From Mobula hypostoma (lineage: Eukaryota): a stretch of 64,000 bases of DNA. The position numbers were made by a program, and so were the translations under genes. How positions within the stretch are numbered: the first letter of the stretch is position 1; the number at the start of each line of letters is the position of its first letter. Below are positions 47,509 to 60,700 of this stretch, one piece after another. The notes beneath the pieces are model-generated. The model was given only the letters and a program-made list of their open reading frames with translations. It was not told the origin of the DNA and did not search any database. The stretch spans positions 33,110,001 to 33,174,000 of the forward strand of contig NC_086108.1 of NCBI RefSeq assembly GCF_963921235.1. The letters run 5' to 3'.

Positions 47509-48461
47509 AAGATGGCACCAGTGACCAACGCGACCAAGGGCGACACCCTTCAGATGGTCATGTAACTGCTTTGTTGACTTCTCTTACATCTTCTTTTTCT
47601 TTCAAATGTGGTTCTGCTGCTGTTAGAGCCTGTGATCTACATTTTGGTGGTGTGTTTTCAGGCTAATTGAGTGATGTGGTCTGTCTCCAAGGGGCCTTGG
47701 TGAGGTTTTCAGCAAAGCATGTGGCTTTGAGATTGCTGGTGACGGGGCGCGAGACCAGAATCGACTCCACCTCTCGCCGATCTTGCTGCATAAAGTGTTG
47801 AGGAAGACTGGAGTCAATAAGGATGAGAGAAGAAGGATGGGATTGGGGGGGGGGCGGAGGTTTAATACTGTCTACCTGCGTGTGTCTGGTCTCTCTCTTC
47901 CTTTTGCTTGCTGCTCCTGGAAGAAGATGCTCGCATGTGTTGGTCTCTCTCTCTCTCTCTCTCTCTTTCTTGTCTACTGCTCCAGGAGGAAGGCGCCTCC
48001 GTACGAATAGTCTTTCTCCCCTTTTGCTCAATGCTGCCAGAAGATTAACTGGCCTGTTGGAGTCCAGGATCCTGGACAAGATTTCAATGCGGTTTGTGGC
48101 TTGGACTCGAGTTCATGTTATAATGTGTTTCTGGTTTCTGGCCGCTCGTTTTTTTGTTGCTGTTTTGTGTGATTTTGATTGGGGAAGATTATCTCTGCTG
48201 CCCACAGATAATGAATGACACAGCACTAGATTGAACTGAACTGAATATGCCTGGAATTTTTTGATGACTTTGTGGGTTGGTGGTTTATATTCTGTGTTTC
48301 TCACCCTTCTTTTGCCATGTGCATGATCATTTTTTATGCATTGGGAGTTTTTTTTTCTTTGAAAGGTTCCATGGTTTTCTTTGTTTCGGGGCTGCCTGTG
48401 GGAAGGTGAATCTCGAGGTTGAAAACTGCATACATACTTTGTTAATAAATGTATTTTGACT
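47509..48461 (+). mobile_element. Non-autonomous Rex1-ended element
   Basis: 5' AAGATGGCACCAG; 3' region shared with 22809-23629; internal (CT)n. Confidence 0.65.
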
Positions 48462-48821
48462 ATAGTAAAACTGACCCATCTATGCCTTCAACTGGAGTTG
48501 GGGCCATCCCTGCTGGAAGGGTGTTACCGTAAAGGCACAAGATGGACAAATAGGTGACAGGGAAAATAGGTTTTGACACGTCAAACTCATCATTCTTTCC
48601 CCTGCTCCCTCTCTCGTTACTCAACAACCCCTCTGATGTCCCTGTCCATTGCAGTGGAGTCAAATTTATCTGCAACATGTCCACATCTGTGTTTTGAGGA
48701 GTACCAGCATGACACATACATGCAGTATATCAATAGTCCATAATGCAGGGGTACAGAGAGGATCTGCAAATGCAAGAGAGAGGGTTTATACAGCTATGAG
48801 AGCAAATGGAAGTCATGTTCA

Positions 48822-49230
48822 TTCAAGTTCAAGTTTATTGTTGACATAGGCATATCTACCCGGCATATAAATGCAATGAAATATTACATTTGCAACAGCA
48901 GCAAAGTGCAAGGGCAAACATAAGCTAACATGAACTTAAATTAACGTAAGTTTTGCACTTGCGAAATAAACAATGAAATAGACGTGACAACACTGGACTG
49001 AAGCCGAGTAAGTGAACAGGCCAAGTTAGCACGAAGGTTTTTCAGGAAGATGGTGGCATTGGGGAAGAAGCTGTTGCCAGACCTTGAGTTGTGGGGCTTC
49101 AGGCTCCTGTACCTGGAGGCAGTATTGAGAAGAGGGCATGGCCTGGGCACTGGGGGCCCTTGGCGATGGATGCCATCACTTCTTGTTGATGACCCTGATG
49201 GTGGAGAGAGCTGTTTCCATGATGGAATTG
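48822..49230 (-). mobile_element. Old Rex1-like 3' fragment
   Basis: Minus ORF RYRSLKPHNSRSGNSFFPNA; (TTGAAC)n tail. Confidence 0.65.
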
Positions 49231-49903
49231 ATAGAAGTGCTTTTGTACAAAGGGGAAATGACATACAACTCATTTGTTTTGTTGTTGTTCATTCTCAGAT
49301 GGTAAGGACGTTATCTTTGCACATAGAATATTCAGTACGGCAGCAACAAGCAAGGAATGGAGTTACTTGTCTTCTCCATTGAGCAAGGGTCTACCTCGAA
49401 AGACTGGTCTTTTGCAACAGTCTAGCAGTTTTCAGTTAAAAGCAAAACACAAGAAATCTGGAATTAAATCTGGACACATGCAGCAGGTCAGAACATCTGC
49501 AGAAAGAGAAACAGACCCATTGATTCAGGTCAGTGACTTGTCTTCAGAATTCCAATGTTCATTGTTACGCCTTCTGCTGCTAATTTACACACAGACAAAT
49601 ATATCAACTCTAATATTAACTCAAAGACTTGGTTAAAAAAAGAGGGAAGTTAGGAAATGTGGGGAGAGAAAGCAGGGCATGGACTTGGTGAGGATTTTTT
49701 GATTTGTGTCCTTGACTAGAAGTTGCCAAGATTTAACCCTAAGGACACCTTCATGGTTCTCCTGGAAGGCTAAGGGTCTGTTGTATGAAAATGCATCTGA
49801 TGTAAGATGGGTGTACAGATTGGAAACCACAGGAATTTGAGTTGAGTTCTGGATTTCAAGGCCAGGGGGAGTTGTCAGAACATTGGACTCTAATGCAAGA
49901 GTG

Positions 49904-52190
49904 TGTTGGAGTAAGGTGTAAATTGTTATTAAAAATGTTATTTTTTAATTTAAATTTCTTTATGCTTGCTTATGTATTTGTATAATCACCTGTTGGTACA
50001 TTTTAGTAGATTGTTAAGTTTCTTTGTAAGCCTGAGATGTCATGGCAGCATAAATCAAGACTGCCTTTGTTGTTCACAGATTGTTTCTCTCAAAGAAAAC
50101 TCCTTATCCAACCAGTTTAGGTTAGATTAGATTAGATTATGAGGACACGCAGTCCTCTTTTATTGTCATTTAGTAATGCATGCATTAAGAAATGATACAA
50201 TATTCCTCCGGTGTGATATCACAGAAACACAGGACAGACCAGGACTGAAAAACTAACAAAAACCACATAATTATAACATATAGTTACGACAGTGCAACAA
50301 GACCATAACTTGATGAAGAACAGGCCATGGGCACAGTAAAAAAAGTTCAAAGTCTCTTGGAAGTCCCACATCTCACGCAGACAGGAGAAGGAAGAAAACT
50401 CTCCCTGCCATGCCCGACCACGGTCCGACTCTGAGTCATCCGAAAACTTCGAGCTCCGATCAGCCCTCCAACACCGAGTACCGAGCACCATCTCTGCCAA
50501 ACGCTTTGACCCCAGCCTCAGTCGCCAGCAGCAGGCAAAGCCAGGGATTTTGGGGCCTTCCCTCCAGAGATTCTCAATCGCACAGTAGCAGCGGCAGCGA
50601 ACCGGGCATTTTAGAAATTTCTCCAGATGTTCTTTTGTGCCTTCTCACCTCTGTCTCCATCAAATCAGAATTGTGCACGGCATCCTACTTACAACTACGA
50701 TATCATTTCACCGGAGAGCTGCATGAGCTGCTATCTTCTCCTCCCGCCTTTCAACTTCAACTAGCTTTCAGTATTAAAGGAGAACAAGAGGTCTCCAGTC
50801 ATTTGTTACTTGCCTTTCTTGCTTTTCTTGTTGTTACTTGCTGTTACTTCCAAGATGACACTGCTTGACCTGTACTTTGATAACATCTAGTAAAATGCCT
50901 GTAACCATAAGATTTTTCACCTCATCCTTGACTTCCAAAGAACTTTCTGGATGATATCATCTCCAGGTCCAACAGCTTGGCTTTGTTGGCAGGATAGCTG
51001 AGAAGATTAAAGACATGGGCGAATCCCAGATAAAACGGAAAGCTTCAATGCATACTTCTAACAGGAGATAAGACCTTCCACCTTACTCTCCTGATCATCA
51101 AAGAAGCACCTAATTCTTACTTCAATACACTATGTAAAGAAAGTCGAAGAGAGAGGTTAAAACCCATTCTCTATTCTACTCTGTTCTATTCTTTAAGTAA
51201 ATTCATATTCATCAGCTGTGCATAGTTAATTTATTGAGATTTGATGAGGTGTAAGCTGATTAGCTATGCATGGTGTGTTTGATGTTTGGTTGTGCATTCT
51301 AGTGATGCTGACCAACGGAACTCCAGTAAGTGGGAAATTAAAAGCCTTACATATAGCAGGAGGAGAATTAATGCTGTGGCCAAATTGGAGAAGAAATCTA
51401 TTACAGAAAAAGGACCAACTGAACCTTCATTTGTAATGTTTGAGCAGATGACTGAGTTTTTATCTAAACATGCAATTCCAACTGGATAAGATTAGTGGAG
51501 AAATCAGAATCAAAAATTAGTGAAGAAATCAGAAAGAAATATATCAGTGGTGCGGAGCCTGATGGAATCTGTCTGCTAGATGATATTGAAAGGGCCCGGG
51601 CTAAGATCCAGAGAAGGTCTGAGGGGAAGGAGAAAACTGGATGAACATTAACAGTCATTTCACAATTAAGAAAGAGAGAATGTGTTCAGTTACAAAACTA
51701 GTTCAATATGGACTGTGAAAAAATATAAAGATCAGATACTGAACAAGTGAAAAGGCAAAAGGAGAAATGTGACAAATTACAATATCAGTGTGACAGAGAC
51801 AGTAAAAACTCTAAAGAGTAAACTGGTGCAGGAACTGAACTACTGAGAATACAAAGCAGAGTGTAATTGAATCGAAGTGACCCATACGAAGCTCAGAGAC
51901 ATATTGGAATAGTACAATGGAGCACAGAATCGTCCTCAGATGGGTGATCCTACCACTGATCCTGCCCCTTGGGATAGACCCCCTACACAAGACAATAATC
52001 CAAAGTAACACCTCTATCCGAACTCGGGATTTGCAGAATGGATATGACACTGGTGCTGCAGCGACCTCTAGTGATCAAAATGATAATGACATTGATGAAA
52101 GAGTGGATTGGTAGCCAGGGCTGGCCTACACAGTACTGTACACTCCAATAAAGACCAAGCCAGTGAAGCTGTACAGCAATGGCACAATAG
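49904..52190 (+). mobile_element. ERV-like LTR element relic: 5' LTR, PBS and degraded gag-like region
   Basis: LTR 49904-50974 has 7-bp inverted ends TGTTGGA...TCCAACA. TGGCTTTGTTGGCAGGAT at 50978-50995 matches 15/18 to the complement of the tRNA-Ser 3' end. A-rich decayed coding-like sequence follows. Confidence 0.6.
50117..50748 (-). mobile_element. Non-autonomous LINE-tailed (Rex1-like) element inserted in the LTR
   Basis: Minus-strand 5' GGCGGGAGGAGAAGATAGCAG, and AATAAA followed by a (TAATC)n tail. Confidence 0.65.
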
Positions 52191-52587
52191 CAATGGATCC
52201 AATGAAAGCAGTGTTTTCTCATCAGCCTGCTGAGTCTGAGAAAATTATTGGTAAAATGGGACATTGGGCTAAAAATTGTCAGCCAGAAATCAAGGTAGTT
52301 AATAGAGACAGGCTTAACCATACATTTAACTATCCGCTCTACCACTTGCTAAGAGTTTAAACTCTCGTGCTTAAATAGTAGAGGCTCTTTGTTAATTGCA
52401 ATATTTGATTTTCTCAATATTTTTGCCTTGATGGGCCAATATTTTTTGACTAAGAAATTCTGTCTTGGAAAGCTATGGGAATTAAAATAGCTCTTGCTAA
52501 GTGGAAGGAATGTTTTGCCATTGATCCTGGCAAAGTTCATTGCAGGCACAGTATTTTCCCACAAGTTGCATGTTCATGGTACACAAA

Positions 52588-53297
52588 CACAGTAGCGTAG
52601 CTGTTAGCATGGTGCTACTGCAGTTCTGGGTGTTCTGAAGTTCAATTCCAGCACCATTCTATAAGGAGGCTGTATGTCCTCTCCTTAGAATGCATGGATT
52701 TTCCCAGGTGCTCTGGTTTCCTCCTGCAGTCAAAAGACATACTGGGTAGGTTAATTGGTCATTGTAAATTGTCCCTTGATTCAGTCGGTTCAGATCCCGC
52801 AACCCGCCGATGGGTCATGGGGGTGCTTTCGCATATCTTGAGTTAGTGAGGTGTGGCAGTGTCCGTCCCTCTCCAGGCCAGACCACGGCCAATGTCCTTC
52901 AACTCGGTGGCTCACCCTGATCTCAAACAAGTGGCCGTTGTAGTTTTTCGAGGAACTCATCCACCCTGGCTGGTGACTTTGTTGATGAGGTCCTTCACCT
53001 AGTCGTGCTGTAGTAACACCACCCCGTCACGTCATGGAGCCTGCCAGCTGAGGTGGTGTACCAGGGTGTGCCACTTGGAGGCAGAAGTGAGAGAGAGTTA
53101 GGAGATGGATGAGGAGCCGTGATACCCGTCCACCCTATCAGGTAGAGTGCAGCTGTCAGATATCAAAGGTACTGCCTCTATCCAGAGCCCCCTACAACTA
53201 ATCAGGGTTAATTGGGTTTGTTGGGGGTTACTGGGTTAGTGTGGCTTGAAGGTCTGGATGGGCCTACTCTGCACCCTATTGCTGAGATAAAATAAAA
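52588..53297 (+). mobile_element. V-SINE split by an insertion of about 420 bp (52781-53200)
   Basis: A box tagcgtagctgtt, B box agttcaattcc, V-domain ggtgctctggtttcctcc; the tail resumes near 53201. Confidence 0.75.
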
Positions 53298-53781
53298 TTC
53301 AAACATGTGGGGACCATCAGCTTTTCTGACTGAATTAGTTGTGCTTGGTTCATGTTCTGTGGCAGCGGTTAGTGCTCTGTCAACAAACGTTTACTTTCAA
53401 CCCCATTACATCAGTTAGAATAGGAACAGCTGTCGATGCCTATGTCAGAGGTTCAGATGAGGTTCTCAGTGAGTTTAGAAATATCCTTTTTAAGGGGACA
53501 TAATGGAGATCACGTCAATTTGTTGGGAAATCAAATATTCTCAAAATGACTTCTTTTTTTCAACTTATTTCTGATTTTTTTTAAGAAACCTTCTCAGTTT
53601 CAGTTGCATCAATCCTCTCAAAGCAGTCTGAGAGTTATCTTTTTGGGGCATTTTCATATATTTCCATTCAGCAACTTGTTAAAAAAAAAAGTAAAACCAA
53701 TGCCAGAATCCTTATCATCTGAACTAGAAGGCAAGACAGGCTCAGTTAATGCAAATAAAGCAGATTTTCGCCTAATAGTAG

Positions 53782-54339
53782 TGTAACACGCTGTAAGGTT
53801 TCACTGCTAATGTAATGGATTCTCTGTAGCAGCAATGTTTGGGTTATGACTAGAGATTACAGGAGCTTTGGAATGTGTGCCTTCCAATGAGAGGCATGTT
53901 GTTCTTTCTTGTGGGTCTGAGAGAAAGGACTTTGCTGTCTTTTGTCAGCGAGAGATGAAGAGAGAAGACGCAAATGGAGAGAGTTGGTAGACTGCCAGAC
54001 GGAGTGGACTAGGAGTGAGGGTCCGAGGGTCCGCAACGCTCGGAGAAGATCGATGGGGAACGAATGGACGGAACCGTGAACTCCAATGTGCACAATAGAC
54101 TGATTCATGAGACTGGGCCCTTTTTCTTCTTTGTTTCTTTACTAACTTATTGTCAAATTAAGATCTATAAAGCTCAATCGTGTAATTGCATGTTGTGTTC
54201 TGTTTGTTATTTCGTGGTTCTGATTTTCTAACAGGGGAACCCATCACGCAGCATCCACCCAAAGAAGTTTTCTCAAGTTTGGCCGGGCTAGAGGCTGCCT
54301 TCCCCTAGATTAAGCCACTAGCCGATCCTGAGGGTTATA
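53782..54339 (+). mobile_element. Solo LTR
   Basis: TGTAAC...GTTATA termini and a 4-bp TSD GTAG; distantly similar to the 24509-25233 LTR. Confidence 0.85.
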
Positions 54340-54527
54340 GTAGGAAATAAAAACCCACCAAACTTTTTGCCCCATCAAACTGATATTTCAAACTGATCAA
54401 AATCCTTTGCCAAGTGTCCAGCATCAGCTACTCTCCTGTGTGGTGGACAACAGAGTAAAATCGTGATCCATTATTCACAGTGCATGCAGAAACAACTTTA
54501 AAGCCAGATCATTGGCATCCTAACCAG

Positions 54528-54607
54528 CCGGGGTCCCCAACCTGGGGACAATGGACCTCTTGGTTCATGGCAGGGGTCCAGGGCATAAAAACGGTTGGGA
54601 ACCCCTA
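54528..54607. mobile_element. About 80-bp hAT (Charlie-like) MITE
   Basis: CCGGGGTCCCCAAC...GTTGGGAACCCCT flanked by an aaccag duplication. Confidence 0.7.
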
Positions 54608-55217
54608 CAACCAGCTACCCTTGGAGCTGCATTAAGAATATTGCTGAGGAATATTTAAAATGTGAATATACAGGATATGTGGTGGCACTTCGGTACTCTT
54701 ATCAATAATGAATTTGGTATATGCTGTAGAGGGAGAATGATGGTTTTGTCTTTTATTGGCTTCCCCGTGGGCATCTAATGAACTGTAATTCAAATACATC
54801 CAATAATGTCAATAAAATCTTTACATCTGTGAATTAGCATTTGTTACCTAGGTGAAAGGGATATTGGAAAATGGAAGACAATGAAATTATATCTATATCA
54901 CAGTGTAACGTAACTTTGATTTTATTGTCAGTTTTGGATACTGTTAACACCTCCACAGAAAATGTGCCCTCATTCTTCACCCTTGTCATCTGGTCACCTC
55001 ACTTCTAACAAAAGAAATTTGTCCTCCTTTCAGTCCTTATACTTTGTGACCCATGTTCTGGATCCCACAAATTGAGTAAACAGCCTTTTGACATCTACTT
55101 GGCCTGGCTCTCTAAGAATTATATTGGCCAAGAAATCCTGATGAGTGGAAAAATGAGTATTCTAGCAGCACAGGCTTCCTGATATTCTGTGGCATATTGA
55201 TGTAATAGTTCCTTAAG

Positions 55218-55785
55218 GTTGCTATAGCCAGGGGTGATAGTGGGGATAAGCTCCCTCTCTGTATTAAATGCTCCCAATGGCATGTCTCATATATCCTCTG
55301 ATAACCAAGTCCAACTCCTGGTCTTCACATGTGACTCAGCTGTTAATCCTGGCAGAACTGTTTCTACTGACAGGAGAAAGAGCAACAACAGGTTATTGGT
55401 GCCTTAAAACTAGTCGCTACAGGCAAATGGGGGTCGTCAGCCATGGTTAGCAACTCATCCCGGAGAAGGAAAACTCTGATATCAAACCTCTGCTGCCTTG
55501 TGGTTATACCCACTCATGGGAAAGGCTTCGGGAGTAACCCCAAGGGGAATCCTGCAGCTGGAAGTTTTACATTGAGCTCAATACTGACTGGCAACTCCTG
55601 CAATGCCACTGGTACTAAACTGTATTGGTCTCTGCTGTTCCTTTGGAGTCATCAGCTGCATAGAGAGGGGGAGCCTGCTGTACGGGCAACAGCTTGCTCT
55701 CCATGTCATATTGCCCTGGCCTGTGTATCATGCAGACAGCTGGAACACAACATCCATGGTCATCTCCAACCAATGGAAGGCCTCT
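55218..55785 (+). mobile_element. RTE-clade-derived non-coding element (5' UTR-like)
   Basis: Contains gcaactcatcccggagaaggaaaactctgatatcaaacc, resembling the RTE 5' UTR motif. Confidence 0.5.
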
Positions 55786-55789
55786 ATTG

Positions 55790-56038
55790 ATATATTGATC
55801 TGGGCCGTACCCTCCAAATATCCCGACCTGCCTCTCGGTTTTTTTGCACTAACTTACTTCCCATTTTTCTATTTTCTATTTGTGATTTATAATTTAAATT
55901 TTTAATATTTACTAATTTTAACTATTTTTAATATTTTTAATATTTGTAATCCAGGGAGTGTGAAGCACAGAATCAAATATCGCTGTGATGATTGTATGTT
56001 CTAGTACCAATTGTTTGGCGACTATAAGGTATAAAGTA
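55790..56038 (+). mobile_element. Rex1-like 3' UTR fragment
   Basis: AT-rich UTR ending tataaggtataaagtat. Confidence 0.45.
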
Positions 56039-56039
56039 T

Positions 56040-57785
56040 TAAAAAAAGGAGGAGGTTTTGCATCTTTTGAAGTATATAAGGTGGGTAAGTCCTCAGGCCC
56101 TGATGGGATCTGTTGTCCATTAATAAACAGAACTAGGTTAGGAAACTCACGACACAACTTTTAATTAAATTTAAGCTTGCATTTTATTGTCTCTGCACCA
56201 AGAACAATGTAACTATGTTGATCCCACGATGACAACTTAGAACATGAATTCTACCATTTCCTTTGTATGAATACTGACTCAGACCACATTCCCAATTTAT
56301 AGCACCGAAATAGGAACCTCCGTTGGCCAGATGATTGATCCTTTCTTCTCCCAGCCCCTGGGGTGGGGGTTCTTCCTCACAATGGTAACTCTCTGGAAAA
56401 GGTTATCGCTGACAGAGCAATCGAAGTGTCCACTTTTATATTCATTCCTTATCAACTCAAATGTAGCGTTCCGGTGTCATCGGATATATATCGCCTGATT
56501 GACCCACAACAACTTCTTATTGTCTCTGGTTCAGGGCTACAACCAACATTTCTGTTGGTTCCATAGTTTCTGCCACCCCCACCCTCCACCCTCAACCTCA
56601 TGTCTTTGTTCCTTTCAACTCTGACTGGTTCAAACCAGTCAAATTAGGTGACCTGGACACTGAGTCTAACGAGACTACAGATTGCTTCTCTGGTAGGTCT
56701 GAGAACAATCTCGGATTTACCAGGTCATTAGCTGAAGCTCCTTTCGTTCAATTGTTCTGATTATATTATCTCAAAGCAAGAATCCGTTCAGAGTTCACAA
56801 AATGTAGGGGGGGTGGGGGAGGAACAAAGACAATTGATTTGTCTCCACCACTGTGCTTGATCTATTCAAGTTCAACGTTTTCTTCCATATTTTAAATCTG
56901 CCATGGCCAACAGGATCTATCCTAGATTATTGAGAGAGGCAAGGAACACAATTGATGGGGCTTTATCAGAGATCCTTGTATCCTCTTTAGCCAAAGGCAT
57001 GGTGCCAGAGAACAAGGAAGTCACCAGCATTGTTCCTTTGCTTAAAAAGGGCAGTACAGAAAATATAGGCCAATGAACCTTACATTATTGAAAAAGATTC
57101 ATAGGGATAGGATTGATTCATATTAACTTATTAAGGATAGTCAGCATGGCTTTTTGTGGGGGAGGTCATGCATTTTGGAGGAGGTGATAAATGAGGGAAG
57201 GGTAATGGATGTTATATACATGGACTAGTAAATAGTTGACAAGGTCCTTCATGGTAGACTGATCCAAGGTTAAGGCACGTTGAATCCTTGGTAGTCTGGA
57301 TTCAAACCTGGCTTGGCCATAGATGATAGAAGATATTGGCGGAGGGAGTGTTATAATGACTGAAGGTCTGTGACCAATAGTATACCACAGCGATCAGTGC
57401 TGGGAACTCTGTTATTTGTGATATACAGTAGACGTAGGTGGGTAGATTGATAAGTCAGATGGGTCAGAAACTAGTGGATAGTGAGGAAAGCTACAGCATG
57501 ATATAGGCCAGTTCCAAACATGGGAGGTGAAATGGCATATGGAATTTAATCTGGACAAACTTGACATGCTGCTCTTTGGAAAGTCAGATATAAGCAGTAA
57601 ATGTAATACAGTAAATGGCAGGTATTTTAGGACCATCAGTGTACATAGGGATCTTGGGGTACAAACCAATGGGTCTCTGAAAGTGGCAACACAAGAAAAT
57701 AGAGTGGTAAAGAAGACATACAGTATACTTGTCTTCATCGATGAGGACGCTGACTGTAAAAATTGCGAAGTCATGTTGCAGATGT
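56040..57785 (+). mobile_element. Old CR1 relic carrying a solo LTR
   Basis: KSSGPDGI|YPRLLRE continuity across the LTR; KWHMEFN...RDLGV. Confidence 0.8.
56111..56912 (-). mobile_element. Solo LTR
   Basis: TGTTG...CAACA termini with a perfect 5-bp TSD GGATC; minus-strand AATAAA near 56183. Confidence 0.85.
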
Positions 57786-60700
57786 ATGGCAGAAATGTGG
57801 CAAATGTTCAGGGGCTACTTGCGTGGAGTTCTGCATAGGTATGTTCCAATGAGTCAGGGAAAGTATGATAGGGTACAGGAACTGTGGTGTGCAAAGGCTG
57901 TTGTAAATCTAGTCAAGAAGAAAAGAAGAGCTTACAAGAGGTTCAAAAAACTAGGTAATGATAAAGATCTAGAAGATTATAAGGCTAGCAGGAAGGAGAT
58001 TAAGAAAGAAATTAGAAGAGCCAGAAGGGGCCATGAGAAGGCCTTGGCAGACAGGATTAAGGAAAACCCCAAGACATTCTACAGGTATGTGAAGAGCAAG
58101 AGGATGATACATGAGGGAATAGGATCAATCAAGTGTGTGTCATGGTCCAATCCATGAAGTCTGCATTCCAGTTCACAGTCCGGTCCATTGATCCTTGTTC
58201 TGGGTTTTCCTGTTTTCTCCCTTGTTCTGTTGGGTGGCTTAATTGAGGCACCTGATTCTCATTGTGGGCTGGCACATAAATACCTCTCAAACCAAGGATT
58301 CCCTGCTGGACTGTTCCCTTCCCTTCCCCTCCCCATCTGAATCCCTGGTAGTTACTTCAGTGCTAACCTTTGTCTGTAATCTTTGTCTGTTACCTTGCCT
58401 GCAACCTCGCCTGTATTGCTGTCTAGTTCAACTGCTGGAGTGAGACTGGAGCCTTGCCATGTCAACATAAGGAACTATCTATCGTAGAGTTTGGAACTGT
58501 CTCTTTGTGTCCCTGTGTTTAGCGTCCATGTCAAAGAAGAGTCCTGGCCCTAGGTCCTGTTCCTAGCTCTGTGTTCTGTGTTCCAGTTCTCAAGTCCAAG
58601 GCTCTGTGTTCCCGTGTCCCAAGACCAAGTCCAGGCATTGTGTTCCAGCCCTGTCCAAGTCTGAGCTTTGTGTTCTTGTCCAGTCCAGGAGTCCCTCGGC
58701 AAGTGTCTTCGGCAGTTTACCTCAGCAAGTGTCCTTGGCAGTCATCCCAGCCCTGAGTCCTAGAAAGGGTCCTGGCCCTGCATTCCAAGGAGGAGTCCCG
58801 GCTCCGTACCCAAGAGCCTAACCAAGCCAGGTCCATGAGCCGAGCCAAACCTAGTCCAAGAGCTACGTTCTGCCCTGGAATACCACGTCCAAGGCTCTGA
58901 GTGTCCAGTCCAAGTCCAAGGCTCTGTGTTCCTGTGTTCCAAGACCAAGTCCAGGTGTCGTGTTCCAGGCCTGTCCAAATCTGAACTTTGTGACCTCATC
59001 TAGTTCTGGTACGTCGCCCAGCCCAGTGCTGGAGATTCCCCGTCCTGTGCTGGAGTACCCCATCCTATCCTGTAGCCACATCCTGTCCTTGCCAAGATCC
59101 TAGTCCCGAGTCCTAGCCTAGACCTGGGTTCCGGTTCCAAGTCAAGACCCAGGTTCTGAGTCCCAACCAAGACCTGGGTTCCGGGTCCTTGTCCAGGCTC
59201 TGGTTCCGGAGTTCCATGTTCCTAGTCCAGGCTACTCATTCCTAGTTCCCCATCTGGGTCCCATGTTTCTAGTCCAAGGCCTAGCCCAGGCCCTGATTCC
59301 TAATCTTGTCCAGGGCCTGTGTCAACGTCCAGCGTCGTTTCTTCCCGACTCCCCTTGCTTTCTTGACAAACCTAGTCCTGTTCCTAGAACTTCAGTGTCT
59401 GTGTCTTGCATTTGGGTCCACCTTCAGTGCCCCCTTGTAACAGTGTGACAGTGGAAAAGTGTGTACGGAACCAGAGGAGATAGCAGAGGTACTTAATGAG
59501 TACTTTGCTTCAGTATTCACTATGGAAAAGGATGTTAGCAATTGTAGGGATGACTTACAGCAGACTGAAAAGCTTGAGCATGTAGATATTAAGAAAGAGG
59601 AAGTGCTGGAGCTTTCGGAAAGAATCAAGTTGCATAAGTCACTGAGACTGGATGAAATTGACCCCAGGCTACTGTGGGAGGCCAGGGAGGAGATTGCTGA
59701 GATTCTGGCGATGATCTTTGCATCATCAATGGGGATGGGAGAGGTTCCAGAGGATTGGAGCGTTGCGGATGTCTTTCCATTATTGAAGAAATTGAGTAGA
59801 GGTAGCCCAGGAAGTTATGGACCAGTAAAATTATTACTTCGGTGGTTGTTAAGTTGATGGAGAAGATCCTGAGAGGCAGGATTTATGAATATTTGGAGAG
59901 GCCTAATATGATTAGGAATAGTCAGCATGGCTTTGTGAAAGGCAGGTTGTGCCTTACGATCCTGACAGAATTTTTTGAGGATGTGACTAAACACATTGAT
60001 GAAGACAGAGCAGTAGATGTAGTGTATATGGATTTCAGCAAGGCACTTGATACCACATGCAAGGTTTATTGAGAAAGTAAGAAGGCATGGGATTCAAGGA
60101 GACATTGCTTTGTGGATCCAGAACTGGCTTGCCCACATAAGGCCATGTAGACAGGTCATATTCTGCATGGAGCAGGGATGTGCTTCAGGGATCTGTTCTG
60201 GGACCCCTGCTCTTCGTGATTTTTATAAATGACCTGGATGAAGAAGTGGAGGGATGAGTTAGTAAGTTTGCTGATGACACAAAGGTTGGAGGTGTTGTGG
60301 ATAGTGTGGACGGCTGTCAGAGGTTACAGTGGGATATTGATAGGATGCAAAACTGGGTTAAGAAGTGGCAAATGGCATTCAACTCAGATAAGTGTGAGGT
60401 GGTTCATTTTGGTAGGTCAAATATAATGACAGAATATAGTATTAATCGTAAATTGTAGAGGATCAGAGGGATCTTGGGATCTGAGTCCATAGGACACTCA
60501 AAGTTGCTGCGTAGGTAGACTGTAGTTAAGAAAGCATATGGCGCATTGGCCTTCATCAATCGTGGGATTGAGTTTAGGAACTGAGAGGTAATGTTGTAGC
60601 TGTATAGGACTCTGGTCAGACCCCACTTGGAGTACTGTGCTCAGTTCTGGTCGCCTCACTATAGGAAGGATGTGGAAACCATAGAAAGGGTGCAGAGAAG

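Noticed and set aside
52588..52655. tRNA gene
   Set aside because: A and B boxes run directly into a V-SINE body with no cloverleaf, so this is a SINE head; the same applies near 18330-18405.
53100..53195. HDV-like ribozyme at the minus-strand start of the unclassified insert
   Set aside because: A possible P1 (GGGGGCU/GGCUCCU) exists, but no acceptable L3, P1.1 or J4/2 could be fitted.
58560..59300. CRISPR-like or coding repeat array
   Set aside because: Irregular degenerate repeats without unique spacers, inside a TSD-flanked solo LTR in eukaryotic DNA.
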